Source: an uncultured archaeon (GTDB lineage Archaea > Thermoproteota > Bathyarchaeia > 40CM-2-53-6 > CALIRQ01). Taken from it: DNA of 64,000 bases. The translations under genes and the position numbers were made by a program. How positions within the stretch are numbered: position 1 is the first letter of the stretch; the number at the start of each line of letters is the position of its first letter. A model generated the notes under the pieces. The model was not told the origin of the DNA, made no database searches, and worked only from the letters and a program-made list of their open reading frames with translations. Location of the stretch: positions 1,443 through 65,442 of the forward strand of contig CALIRQ010000009.1 of NCBI GenBank assembly GCA_938042195.1. Reading direction: 5' to 3'. Below, piece after piece: positions 8,287 to 18,117 of this stretch.

Positions 8287-10473
8287 TTGCCGGAGGAGTT
8301 GGATTACGTAATCGGCCAGCTGGGCAGGGAGCCGAACCGCATCGAGCTCGGCATGCTCGAGCTGATGTATTCGGAGCATTGTTCCTACAAGAGCAGCAGG
8401 CCGATCCTGAAGATCCTCCCGAGGGAGGGGCCGAGGGTCCTCGTCGGCCCGGGCTACGACGCCGGTATAGTGGATATAGGAAATGGCTACGTCGTCGCCT
8501 TCAAGATCGAGAGCCACAACCACCCTTCCGCCATAGACCCGTACAACGGCGCCGCCACCGGTATCGGTGGGATCGTTCGCGATATCCTATGCACCAACTG
8601 CAGGCCCGTCGCCCTCTTGGACTCCCTGAGGTTTGGCCCGCCGAGGAAGGGCAGGACCAAATGGTTGTTGAAGTACGTCGTGAAGGGCATATCGGATTAT
8701 GGCAATAGGATCGGCGTCCCCACGGTCGCTGGAGAGGTCGAGTTCGATGAGAGCTTCGAGACCAACTGCTTGGTCAACGTGGCATGCGTCGGCATAGGGA
8801 GGAGGGACTCGATAGTGCTCGCGAAGATGGAGAGCCCCGGGGATTACATAGTATTGATGGGCAGCTCCACTGGGAGGGACGGCATACATGGCGTCACCTT
8901 CGCATCAAAGACCATAACCGCTGAATCGGAGGAGGAGAGGCCCTCCGTCCAGATCGGGGACCCCTTCATGAAGAAGATGATAATCGAGGCCACCTTGGAG
9001 GCGGTCGCGACGGGCTTCGTGGCGGGCTTGAAGGACCTCGGGGGCGCGGGGTTGACGTGCGCGCTGTCCGAGATGTCCTTCAAGGGCGGCACGGGCGTAG
9101 AGGTGGAACTGGAGAGAGTGCACTTGCGGGAGGAGGACATGACGCCCTATGAGATAATGCTATCAGAATCCCAGGAGAGGATGCTTTTCGTCGTAAAGCC
9201 CGAGGGCCTTGAAAGGGTCCTCGGGGTATTCAGGAAATGGGGCCTGCCCCATTCGGTGATCGGGAGGGTCACGGATACCGGGGAGATCTTGGTTAAGTAT
9301 AGGGGCGAAGTGGTCGCTAGGCTGCCCTCCAAGCTATTGGCGGAGGCTCCGGTCCTGCACAGGAGGGCCAAGAGGCCGAGGGATCTCGCCAAGGCGCTCA
9401 AGGTCCCGAAGCCCAGGGAGCCCAAGGACCTCGGGAGGGCATTGGTAAGGTTGCTCTCCTCCCCGAACATAGCGAGCAAGGAGCCCATCTATTCCCAATA
9501 CGACTATGAGGTCGGCATCAGGACGATCGTGAAGCCGGGCGATGGGGACGCGGCGGTCCTGAGGCTGCTCGAGGAGCCGAGGGCGATAGCCGTGAAGGCC
9601 GATTGCAATAGCCGGCATTGCCGCCTCGATCCATTCAACGGCCACGCCGGAGCCGTCGCGGAATCTGCTAGGAACGTCGTGGCGGTCGGCGCCGAGCCGA
9701 TCGCGGCCGTCGATTGTTGCAACTTCGGGAACCCGGAGAGGCCCGAGGTCTTTTGGCAATTCTCGGAGGGGATCAGGGGCCTCTCCTACATGCTCGAGGG
9801 CCTCGGGATCCCATGCGTTGGCGGCAATGTGAGCTTCTACAACGAGGACGAGAGGACCGGTAGGGCGGTGAACCCCACGACCGTCGTAGTGACTTTAGGC
9901 CTCGTTGAGGAACTGGATTGGGTGACGACTATGGCCTTCAAGGAGCACGGCGATGAGATATTCGCCGTCGGGAGGACCTACGCGGAGATGGGGGGATCCG
10001 AGTATTATCATTGGATCCACGGCATTAGCGGCGGCAGGCCCCCGCGCGCATCGCCGGGGAGGGAGAGGTCATCCATGGCGATCGTCAAGGAGGCGATCAG
10101 GAGGGGCTTGATCGACGCGGCCCACGATTGCTCCAAGGGCGGAATCGCGGTGGCTTTGGCCATAATGGCCATAAAGGGGGGATTGGGGATCGATGTGGAT
10201 TTGGGGCGCATACCCCGCTCGGGGGTGGGGCGATTGGACGAGCTATTGTTCTCCGAATCCTACGCGAGGTTCGTCATCTCCGCCCGGCCCGGCTCCGCGC
10301 GCGAGCTCAGGGCCATAGCCGAGAGGCATGGGGGCGCGATCTCGAGGCTGGGGAGGGTGGTCGATTCCTCCGAGCTCTTCATGAGATACGGCGGGAGGGC
10401 GATCCGATGCGGGCTTGGGGAATTGAGGGAGGCGTGGAATGGATCCATGAGGAGGTACTTGGGGGAGCTTTGA
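8287..10473 (+). CDS. purL: phosphoribosylformylglycinamidine synthase II PurL
   Basis: 728 aa. SEHCSYKSS near the N-terminus; duplicated AIR-synthase-like domains. Confidence 0.9.
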   Translation: MPEELDYVIGQLGREPNRIELGMLELMYSEHCSYKSSRPILKILPREGPRVLVGPGYDAGIVDIGNGYVVAFKIESHNHPSAIDPYNGAATGIGGIVRDILCTNCRPVALLDSLRFGPPRKGRTKWLLKYVVKGISDYGNRIGVPTVAGEVEFDESFETNCLVNVACVGIGRRDSIVLAKMESPGDYIVLMGSSTGRDGIHGVTFASKTITAESEEERPSVQIGDPFMKKMIIEATLEAVATGFVAGLKDLGGAGLTCALSEMSFKGGTGVEVELERVHLREEDMTPYEIMLSESQERMLFVVKPEGLERVLGVFRKWGLPHSVIGRVTDTGEILVKYRGEVVARLPSKLLAEAPVLHRRAKRPRDLAKALKVPKPREPKDLGRALVRLLSSPNIASKEPIYSQYDYEVGIRTIVKPGDGDAAVLRLLEEPRAIAVKADCNSRHCRLDPFNGHAGAVAESARNVVAVGAEPIAAVDCCNFGNPERPEVFWQFSEGIRGLSYMLEGLGIPCVGGNVSFYNEDERTGRAVNPTTVVVTLGLVEELDWVTTMAFKEHGDEIFAVGRTYAEMGGSEYYHWIHGISGGRPPRASPGRERSSMAIVKEAIRRGLIDAAHDCSKGGIAVALAIMAIKGGLGIDVDLGRIPRSGVGRLDELLFSESYARFVISARPGSARELRAIAERHGGAISRLGRVVDSSELFMRYGGRAIRCGLGELREAWNGSMRRYLGEL

Positions 10474-11915
10474 GGCCGGGGAAGCGCGAGGCCTGCGGCG
10501 TGATGGGCATCTCCTTGGAGCGCGGGAACATATCCCCGCTCATATATTACGGCCTGATGGCCCTGCAGCATAGGGGCCAGGAATCCTGTGGGATCTCCGT
10601 ATACGATGGAAGGGCGCTCAGGACCGTGCGTAGATATGGGCTCGTGGGCGAGGAACTCCAGCGCGTGGCGAGGGCTTTAGGGGGGAGGGTGGGCATAGGC
10701 CACGTGAGATACTCCACCCTTGGGGGGCCCTCATTGATCAACGCGCAGCCCGTCCCCATAAGGATGGGCGGGGAGACGTTCTCGATAGCCCATAACGGCA
10801 CCATAGTCAATTATGAGCAACTGAGGGACTACCTCGCGGGAAAGGGCATCGGGCTGAGGACCAAATCGGACTCGGAGGCGATCTTGAGGATCTTCCTCGA
10901 CTCCTACAGGAGGGGCTGCGATGTATTCGGGAGCTTGGAATCCTGCTCCGAGAGGATCGAGGGCGGCTATTCCATGGTTATGGCGAACTCCAAAGGGGAG
11001 CTGATAGCGGCCAGGGATCCGCTCGGCCTCAGGCCGCTTTGCATGGGAAATTCGGGGAACTCGATCGCCATAGCATCGGAGAGCGTCGCCCTCGATATAA
11101 ACTCCCTAACCCTAATCGGAGACGTCGAGCCGGGGACAGCCGTCTTCGTTGGGGGGAACGATGTGGAGGTCGAGAGGTTCGCCAGCTGCCCGCGGAGGGC
11201 CTATTGCATGTTCGAATACGTATACTTCAGCAGGCCGGACTCGATCTTGGAGGGGAGGAGCGTATACGACGTGAGGTTGCGCCTCGGGAGGAACTTGGCG
11301 GATACGATCGATGGCGATATCGACAGCATAGTCCCGGTCCCCGATACGTCGAGGACGGCGGCCGAGGGATTGTCCAGGATGACGGGGATCCCGGTCGCGG
11401 AGGGCCTGATAAAGAACAGGTACGTCCACAGGACGTTCATAATGCCGACCCAAGAAGCGAGGGAGGGCGCCGTAAGGATGAAGCTGAACCCGCTCAAATC
11501 CGTAATAAAGGGGAAAAGGATAGTCTTGGTCGATGATAGCATAGTGAGGGGCACCACTTTGAAGAACATAGTGGCCATGCTTAAATCCTCGGGGGCGAAG
11601 GAGGTCCACGTGAGGATCACCTGCCCTCCGATAATATCCCCGTGCTTCTACGGGATAGACATATCGAGCCGCTCCGAGCTCATAGCCGCCAATAACTCCG
11701 TTGAAGCGATCGAGAGGATCCTCGGCGCCGATAGCTTGGTATATCAAAGCTTGGAGGGTCTGATAGACGCGATAGGGCTGCCGAGGGGGGACCTCTGCAA
11801 CGCCTGCTTGACGGGCGAGTACCCGACCCCGATGGCCCAGGAGAGGGCCGAGGAGGACGCCCGGAGGCCCCCGAGTCAGATCCCGAGTGGGATGGAGGGC
11901 ATATGGCGGGCATAA
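10470..11915 (+). CDS. purF: amidophosphoribosyltransferase PurF (with short propeptide)
   Basis: CGVMGIS...YYGLMALQHRGQESCGISVYDG Ntn-glutaminase N-terminus, PRTase motif VLVDDSIVRGTT and C-terminal Cys cluster. TTG at 10470 overlaps the purL stop (TTGA) and gives a 7-aa propeptide before Cys1. The listed upstream part of the ORF (from 10128) overlaps purL. Confidence 0.8.
   Translation: MRPGKREACGVMGISLERGNISPLIYYGLMALQHRGQESCGISVYDGRALRTVRRYGLVGEELQRVARALGGRVGIGHVRYSTLGGPSLINAQPVPIRMGGETFSIAHNGTIVNYEQLRDYLAGKGIGLRTKSDSEAILRIFLDSYRRGCDVFGSLESCSERIEGGYSMVMANSKGELIAARDPLGLRPLCMGNSGNSIAIASESVALDINSLTLIGDVEPGTAVFVGGNDVEVERFASCPRRAYCMFEYVYFSRPDSILEGRSVYDVRLRLGRNLADTIDGDIDSIVPVPDTSRTAAEGLSRMTGIPVAEGLIKNRYVHRTFIMPTQEAREGAVRMKLNPLKSVIKGKRIVLVDDSIVRGTTLKNIVAMLKSSGAKEVHVRITCPPIISPCFYGIDISSRSELIAANNSVEAIERILGADSLVYQSLEGLIDAIGLPRGDLCNACLTGEYPTPMAQERAEEDARRPPSQIPSGMEGIWRA
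10540..10609 (+). repeat. 70-nt segment identical to 11958..12027 (copy A, inside purF)
   Basis: Direct comparison: tcatatattacggcctgatggccctgcagcataggggccaggaatcctgtgggatctccgtatacgatgg is identical in both paralogs, while flanking sequence diverges. Confidence 0.85.
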
Positions 11916-13246
11916 TAGGGCTATACGGCTACGATCCCGTTTGGAAGATGGCCAGGTTCATATATTACGGCCTGATGGCCCTGCAGCATAGGGGCCAGGA
12001 ATCCTGTGGGATCTCCGTATACGATGGGGAGCGCATCCTTTGCGATGGCCGCGCCGGCATGGTCGATCAGGCCTTCGGGGAGGCGGAGCTCGAGGCTTTG
12101 AGGGGATGGATCGGGATTGGCCAAGTAGACCCCGAGCCGCCGAAGGGGCGCATCGTCTCCAAGCCCTTCTTCGCCAAATGCCCGATTGGGGTGTCGCTGG
12201 TTTGCGATGGCTCGGCGGCCGGCGCGGTCGAGGCTGCGAGGGAGCGCGGCTTTGCGGCCGAGGATCCGCAGGGCGCCTTGGCGGCCCTCCTCTCCAAGGA
12301 GCTGGCCGATGGGGACCCCTTCGGCGCCGTTGAGAGGATCACGGGGAGGCTTGGGGGCGCTTGCAATTTCATAGCCCTCACCGAGCGCGGGGAGATGATC
12401 GCCTATAGGGGCGAGCTTGGCATAAAGCCCATGGTCGTTGGGAACTTCGGGTTCGATTACGGGGCCATCGCGTCGGAGAGCTGCGCCTTGGACGTCATCG
12501 GCGCGGAACTGAAGGCCGACCTATCGCCCGGGGAGGTGTATCTCTTCACGCCCTGGAGCATAGAGAGGAGGAGGATCGGGGAGGCGGATCCGAAATATTG
12601 CGCCTTCGAATACGTATACTTGGCTAGGCCCGATTCCATAATAAACGGGAAGAGCGTTTATGAGGTGAGGAGGAGGATCGGGGAGAGGTTGGCCTTGGAG
12701 AGCGACGTTAGGGATGCGGACTCCGTCTTGGCGGTGCCCGAAACGGCCATCCCATTCGCCTTATCCTTCGCGAACTTTACTAAGAAGCCGATCGAGATGG
12801 GGTTCGTCCAAACCGGAAGGAGGGTCCGGAGCGCGATAAGGCCGACCCAGTTTGAAAGGCTTGTGGGCGTACAGCTGAAATTGAACCCAATAAGGGCCGC
12901 AATGGCCGGGAGGAGGGTCATCCTGGTGGACGATAGCGTCGTTAGGGGCACGACGACCAAGAACACGGTGAAGATAATGAGGAACAGGATGGGGGCCAAG
13001 GAGGTCCATGTGAGGATAGGCAGCCCCAGGATAATCTCCCAATGCCCCTTCGGGATGGAGGTGCCAGATAAGGACGAGCTCATAGCGGCTCATCTCAACG
13101 AGGAGGAGGTGGGCAAGGTAGTCGAGGCGGATACGTTCCATTGGCTCAGCTTGGAGGGCCTGGTGGAGGCCATAGGGCTGCCGAGGGAGAGCCTCTGCCT
13201 CGGTTGCTTCACTGGGGAATATCCGGGGCGTGGTGATCGAAATTGA
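11903..13246 (+). CDS. PurF-like amidophosphoribosyltransferase paralog lacking the N-terminal Cys nucleophile
   Basis: Begins MAGIIGLYG (Ala where Cys1 is expected). Retains YYGLMALQHRGQESCGISVYDG, VILVDDSVVRGTT and the C-terminal CxxC region. 447 aa. Confidence 0.8.
   Translation: MAGIIGLYGYDPVWKMARFIYYGLMALQHRGQESCGISVYDGERILCDGRAGMVDQAFGEAELEALRGWIGIGQVDPEPPKGRIVSKPFFAKCPIGVSLVCDGSAAGAVEAARERGFAAEDPQGALAALLSKELADGDPFGAVERITGRLGGACNFIALTERGEMIAYRGELGIKPMVVGNFGFDYGAIASESCALDVIGAELKADLSPGEVYLFTPWSIERRRIGEADPKYCAFEYVYLARPDSIINGKSVYEVRRRIGERLALESDVRDADSVLAVPETAIPFALSFANFTKKPIEMGFVQTGRRVRSAIRPTQFERLVGVQLKLNPIRAAMAGRRVILVDDSVVRGTTTKNTVKIMRNRMGAKEVHVRIGSPRIISQCPFGMEVPDKDELIAAHLNEEEVGKVVEADTFHWLSLEGLVEAIGLPRESLCLGCFTGEYPGRGDRN
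11958..12027 (+). repeat. 70-nt segment identical to 10540..10609 (copy B, inside purF paralog)
   Basis: See copy A. Confidence 0.85.
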
Positions 13247-14724
13247 AGGTGCTTCTGGTCGGGGAGGGGGCTAGAGAGCACGCGATAGCCAGCGCCATAT
13301 GCAGGAGCCCACAAGGCCCCAGGCTCTACGCGGCGATGAGATCGATGAACCCCGGGATCCGAGAGCTTTGCCTCAGAAGCGGCGGGGATGTGGCCCTAGG
13401 GGATTCGATGGACCCCGAGTTCATCTCCAAGGCGGCCGATAGGTTCTCGGTCGATTTCGTCTTCATTGGCCCGGAGGAGCCCCTTTTCAGAGGGGCCGCC
13501 AACGCGGTCGAGGATATGGGCATACCGTGCATAGGGGCGAGGCGCGAGGCCGCGGAGATAGAGATGTCCAAGGCTTTCATGAGGAGGCTGATGTGGAGGC
13601 ATAAAATACCAGGGAGGCTCAGGTTCCAAGCCTTCAGGAGCATCGAGGATGCGATCGCCTACATAGAGGAATACGCAGAAAGCGTGGCGATAAAGCCAGC
13701 TAGGCAGGCCGGTGGGAAGGGCGTCAAGGTGATAGCGGATTTCCAAGCCTATCTCAGCAAGGAGAAGGGCCATGTGAAGGCGGAGCACGCAAAGGCCATA
13801 GAGGCGAAGTATATGAAGGGGTATGCCGATATAGAGGATAGGATATTGATCGAGGAACGGGTCGAGGGCCCGGAGTACACAATACAGATGTTCACGGATG
13901 GCGATTCGGTCGCCCCGTTCCCATTGGTCCAGGACAATAAGAACGCCTACGATATGGATATAGGACCAGAAACGGGTGGGATGGGCTCGATCTCCGGGAA
14001 TGGGATGCTCCTCCCCTTCATAACGCGGGAGGAGTACGATGCCTCGGTCGATATCGTGAGGAGATGCGTGAAGGCCATCGAATCCGAGCTCGGCGTGAAA
14101 TACAAGGGGGTCATATCGGGGCAGATGATGCTCACCCCGATATGGGGGCCGACGATAATAGAGTTCTACAGCCGATTCGGGGATCCTGAAGGCGTCAACG
14201 TCCTTCCGCTTTTAAGGACCGATATGGTGGAGATAATGGAGGCGATCGCCTCGGCCAAGTTGCATAAGGTGAAGATGGAGTTCGAGGAGGCGGCGACGGT
14301 CGTCAAATGCTTCGCGCCCAAGGGATATCCGGAGCGCAGGGACCTAGCGGCCGGGCATCCAGTTCGGATAGATGCGGAGGCCATAAGGGCCATGGGATGC
14401 GAGGTCTTCTATGGCTCGGTGGATCTGGCGCAAGATGGGGGGCTGATCACCGGCGGATCCCGGATCTGCGAGATATTCGCGAAGGGCGAGGAAATCCCGG
14501 AGATAAGCGATAGGATAGAGCGCTGCTCGCCCCTCATATATTGCTTGGATGGTTGGGGGGTATTCCACAGGAGCGATATAGGATCGGCGGCGCTCCTTAG
14601 TAGGAGGATCGAGCAATCGAACTTGATAAGGGACGTATACAAGTATAGGATGGGGAAGGGACTGATCGGGATGGATATCGATTGGATCCCCGGGAAGGGG
14701 AAGATAGTCCATTCGGTGTGGTGA
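13243..14724 (+). CDS. purD: phosphoribosylamine--glycine ligase PurD
   Basis: MKVLLVGEGAREHAIA N-terminus and ATP-grasp core; 493 aa with C-terminal extension. Confidence 0.85.
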   Translation: MKVLLVGEGAREHAIASAICRSPQGPRLYAAMRSMNPGIRELCLRSGGDVALGDSMDPEFISKAADRFSVDFVFIGPEEPLFRGAANAVEDMGIPCIGARREAAEIEMSKAFMRRLMWRHKIPGRLRFQAFRSIEDAIAYIEEYAESVAIKPARQAGGKGVKVIADFQAYLSKEKGHVKAEHAKAIEAKYMKGYADIEDRILIEERVEGPEYTIQMFTDGDSVAPFPLVQDNKNAYDMDIGPETGGMGSISGNGMLLPFITREEYDASVDIVRRCVKAIESELGVKYKGVISGQMMLTPIWGPTIIEFYSRFGDPEGVNVLPLLRTDMVEIMEAIASAKLHKVKMEFEEAATVVKCFAPKGYPERRDLAAGHPVRIDAEAIRAMGCEVFYGSVDLAQDGGLITGGSRICEIFAKGEEIPEISDRIERCSPLIYCLDGWGVFHRSDIGSAALLSRRIEQSNLIRDVYKYRMGKGLIGMDIDWIPGKGKIVHSVW

Positions 14725-14730
14725 TTCGCA

Positions 14731-16134
14731 ATGGCCTTGTTAATGCCCTTCAGGGATTCCCTCGGGACGCCGCTCTACGAGGGCTCCACTAAGGTCCTGC
14801 TCTTAGGGGCAGGGGAATTGGGGAAGGAGATAGCCATCGAGGCCCAAAGGCTGGGCGTTGAAACGGTCACTGTGGATAGATACGATAACCCGCCAGCCGC
14901 CCAAGTAGCCCATAGGCATTATACGATCGATATGAGGGACGGGGCGGCCCTGAAGGCCGTGGTCCGTAGGGAGCGGCCGGATGCCATAATCCCGGAGGTG
15001 GAGGCCATAAACACCGATGCCCTCCTAGAGCTCGAGGAGGAGGGGTTCTTCGTCGTTCCGAGGGCAAGGGCCACGAAGATAACCATGGATAGGATCGCGC
15101 TGAGGAGGCTGGCGGCCGAAGAGGCTGGCGTTCCAACGACGCCTTATAAATTCGCGAGCGATCCGGAGGAGCTGGAGGCGGCTTGCGAGGAGATAGGCTT
15201 CCCCTGCATAGTCAAGGCTAGAATGAGCTCCGGCGGGCTGGGCTCGAGCGTAGTCTTCCGCAGGGATCAGGTCCGGGATGCTTATGAAACGGCCAGGAGG
15301 AAGGCCAGGGGTTATGGGGGCGAGGTCATAGTGGAGGGCCTCTGCCGATTCGATTTCGAGATAACCGAGCTGGCCCTAGCCCATTACGATCCGAACGGCG
15401 AGGTTGGGATATCTTTCCCGAAGCCTGTTGGGCACCTGAGGTCGGGCAGCCATTACCACGTCAGCTGGCAGCCGTTCGTTTTGATCGATGAGGAAACTGG
15501 CGCGAGCAAGTCCCCGCTCCAAGCCTTCGGGGGCCAGCTCCATATGTCCGAGGACGTCACCACTCGCGACCTCCTTTGGAGATCGGAACACGATGGCGAG
15601 GTGCTCTCGGCCGAGACCGCGAGGGAGGTCGAGGAGCAATGCTACGAGATAGCTGGAAAGGTTGTGAGGAAGCTGATAGGGGAGGGAGGCGCGATTGAGG
15701 GCCTTGGGATATTCGGCTGCGAGCTCTTCGTCAAGGTCGATGAAGGGGGCAAGCCAAAGGTATACTTCAACGAGATATCGCCCAGGCCGCACGATACCGG
15801 GATGGTGACCATAGCGACCCAGGACCTCTCAGAGGCAGCGCTCCACGTAAGGGCCGTTCTGGGCCTTCCGATAGCTGGGATCAAGGTCCTAACGCCCGGT
15901 GCGGCGCACGTCATCCTATCCAGCGAGGATTCTAAATGGGCCCCCGGCTATGGGCGCTTGAGCAGGGCGCTTGGGATCCCGGGCGTCAGGGTCCTGCTCT
16001 TCGGGAAGCCATCCACTTATAAGGAAAGAAGGCTAGGCTTGGCGTTGGCGATATCCGACGATATACTCGACGCTAGGAGGAAGGCCATGGAGGCGGCCCA
16101 TTTGATAGAAGGGGGCATAAGATATGGCCGATGA
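14731..16134 (+). CDS. purT: formate-dependent phosphoribosylglycinamide formyltransferase PurT
   Basis: [24 protein letters not shown]...[23 protein letters not shown]...IIPEVEAI...[15 protein letters not shown] matches PurT rather than PurK. Confidence 0.75.
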   Translation: MALLMPFRDSLGTPLYEGSTKVLLLGAGELGKEIAIEAQRLGVETVTVDRYDNPPAAQVAHRHYTIDMRDGAALKAVVRRERPDAIIPEVEAINTDALLELEEEGFFVVPRARATKITMDRIALRRLAAEEAGVPTTPYKFASDPEELEAACEEIGFPCIVKARMSSGGLGSSVVFRRDQVRDAYETARRKARGYGGEVIVEGLCRFDFEITELALAHYDPNGEVGISFPKPVGHLRSGSHYHVSWQPFVLIDEETGASKSPLQAFGGQLHMSEDVTTRDLLWRSEHDGEVLSAETAREVEEQCYEIAGKVVRKLIGEGGAIEGLGIFGCELFVKVDEGGKPKVYFNEISPRPHDTGMVTIATQDLSEAALHVRAVLGLPIAGIKVLTPGAAHVILSSEDSKWAPGYGRLSRALGIPGVRVLLFGKPSTYKERRLGLALAISDDILDARRKAMEAAHLIEGGIRYGR

Positions 16135-16534
16135 GGCACCGATCGTGGAGGTGATCCTCGGCAGCGAGAGCGATAGGCCCGTGGGAGAGAGGGTGGCGAA
16201 GGAGCTTGAGAGGCTCGGGATACCATACGCCCTATCGATCCTATCGGCCCATAGGGATCCGGACGCGTTAGAGGAGCGCATTCGGACATCTAAGGCGAAG
16301 GTATTCATAGCCGTCGCGGGCCTCGCCGCGCATCTCCCGGGCTTCATCGCCTCTAGGACCCGGAGGCCCGTCATCGGGGTCCCGGTCAGCGCCAAGCTCG
16401 GGGGACTTGACGCCCTCCTATCCATAGCTCAAATGCCCAAGGGCGTCCCCGTGGCTTGCGTCGGGATCGATAACGGCGAGAACGCGGCGATATTGGCAGC
16501 TAGGATATTGGGGATTGAGGAGCGCGGTCCATGA
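16124..16534 (+). CDS. purE: phosphoribosylaminoimidazole carboxylase catalytic subunit / mutase PurE
   Basis: [10 protein letters not shown]...[27 protein letters not shown]. No purK in the window. Confidence 0.85.
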   Translation: MADEAPIVEVILGSESDRPVGERVAKELERLGIPYALSILSAHRDPDALEERIRTSKAKVFIAVAGLAAHLPGFIASRTRRPVIGVPVSAKLGGLDALLSIAQMPKGVPVACVGIDNGENAAILAARILGIEERGP

Positions 16535-17283
16535 GGCTCGCCGGAAAGGTCGCGATAATAACGGGCGCGAGCTCGGGGATAGGCGCGGCCGCGGCCAAGC
16601 TCTTCGCCTCGGAGGGCGCAAGGGTCGTCGTCAATTATTCCAAGTCCGAGGGGAAGGCCCTTGAGGTCGTTGGGGCGATAAGGGAATCGGGCGGGGAGGC
16701 GATCGCCGTCAGGGCCGATGTCTCGAGGCCCGATGAGGTCGATTCGATGATCCGATCCTGCGTGGAGCATTTCTCCGGGCTCGATGTATTGGTCAACAAC
16801 GCCGGGCGCATCGTCAGGGCCCCCGATCCCTTTGGCTTGGACGAGGCCTCTTGGCGATCGATGCTGGATGTGAACCTAATGGGCGCCTTCCTCTGCTCGA
16901 GGGCCGCGGCCCCGATCATGCTCGAGCGAGGAGGGGGGAGCATAATAAACGTCTCCTCGATCAACAACGTCATGGGGACGGGCAGCAATATGGCCTACGG
17001 TTGCGCCAAGGCCGGCCAGATCGTATTGACCAGATGGCTTGCGAGGAGGCTCGCGCCGAGGATCAGGGTCAATTGCATAGCGCTCGGCGTAATAGAGACG
17101 CCGATGATAGCCGATATGCCCGATGCCAGGAGGGCCGAGCTCGTGCGGTCCATATTGCTCGGCAGGCTCGGGAGGCCCGAGGAGGTGGCGAGGGTGATGC
17201 TCTTCCTGGCATCGGAGGACTCGAGCTTCATAACCGGTCAGACGATAATCGTCGATGGCGGGCAATTCCTGATCTCGCCCTGA
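16531..17283 (+). CDS. short-chain dehydrogenase/reductase (SDR) family oxidoreductase
   Basis: [10 protein letters not shown] Rossmann motif, NNAG, and a Ser...YxxxK catalytic arrangement (YGCAKAG). Confidence 0.8.
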   Translation: MRLAGKVAIITGASSGIGAAAAKLFASEGARVVVNYSKSEGKALEVVGAIRESGGEAIAVRADVSRPDEVDSMIRSCVEHFSGLDVLVNNAGRIVRAPDPFGLDEASWRSMLDVNLMGAFLCSRAAAPIMLERGGGSIINVSSINNVMGTGSNMAYGCAKAGQIVLTRWLARRLAPRIRVNCIALGVIETPMIADMPDARRAELVRSILLGRLGRPEEVARVMLFLASEDSSFITGQTIIVDGGQFLISP

Positions 17284-17304
17284 ACACCTTTGGGCATGGT
17301 GGGC

Positions 17305-17697
17305 TCAGCCCTCCTGCTCCTCCCCGAACTCCCTCCGCAACTCCATGTCCAATCTTTCCTTAAGGGAGAAATACCTCCTGAACCTTTCATCCCATTTCCT
17401 GAAGAACCTGAACTCCCTTATGCCGATCGCCAGCCATAGCGATGCGACCACGAGGTTAACGATCACGTAGATCAACATCAACATCCCGAAGGATGGGCCC
17501 GCGAACCTCCCGAATCCAATCACTATGAGCAATAGCCTTGGGTGAAGGAGGAAGAATAGCGTTATCAGGAGCGATATCGGGGCCATCGCCAATGAAACTA
17601 TTAGGATTATCTGGAACCAAATCCTCTCGGAGTTTATGCGATAGATCAAATCGTCTATCATCTTGAGCAGGGAAACGTCCTCCTCTTCCGAGCCCAA
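17305..17697 (-). CDS. hypothetical small membrane protein (2-3 TM helices)
   Basis: Hydrophobic segments ILIVSLAMAPISLLITLFFLL and LMLIYVIVNLVVASLWLAIGI. No recognisable family. Confidence 0.4.
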   Translation of the reverse strand: MGSEEEDVSLLKMIDDLIYRINSERIWFQIILIVSLAMAPISLLITLFFLLHPRLLLIVIGFGRFAGPSFGMLMLIYVIVNLVVASLWLAIGIREFRFFRKWDERFRRYFSLKERLDMELRREFGEEQEG

Positions 17698-17751
17698 TGG
17701 GGATCCTCGAATCGATCCAGATCGCGGATATAAATCGATTCCTAAACAAAG

Positions 17752-18066
17752 TTAACCAGATCCCCTCCTGGGGAACATGGCCTCGTAGGGCTCCAATATC
17801 TTCCTCAGGAAATCTTGGCCTTTCTGGGTTATGGAGTACAGGGTGATCCTCCTCTTCCCCCGCAACCCCTCCCTCTTCTCTATGAGGCCCTTCTCCTCCA
17901 TCTCGTCCAAGATGGACTTATGCTTCTGGAGGTTCAAGCCGCAATAGCTGAGGAGGGCCGTTTGGTTGAGCTCCCCATGTTGGACCAACTTGAGCAATAT
18001 GTCCTTCCTCATATAGATCCTGTCCCTATACTCCTTCGCGGCCGACATGACCGCCTGCACGACCAT
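17752..18066 (-). CDS. winged-helix DNA-binding protein (PadR/MarR-like wHTH)
   Basis: LLKLVQHGELNQTALLSYCGLNLQKHKSILDEMEEKGLIEKREGLRGKRRITLYSITQKG is a wHTH pattern. Confidence 0.5.
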   Translation of the reverse strand: MVVQAVMSAAKEYRDRIYMRKDILLKLVQHGELNQTALLSYCGLNLQKHKSILDEMEEKGLIEKREGLRGKRRITLYSITQKGQDFLRKILEPYEAMFPRRGSG

Positions 18067-18117
18067 ATGCCCTTCGAGGCCATCTTGCCCAGTAAGGGCT
18101 TGCGATCATTTTAAATT

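Noticed and set aside
10128-10469. Upstream 114 codons of the listed purF ORF 10128..11915
   Set aside because: It overlaps the 3' end of purL in another frame. A PurF with this extension would bury the Cys1 nucleophile. The TTG at 10470 gives a canonical short propeptide.
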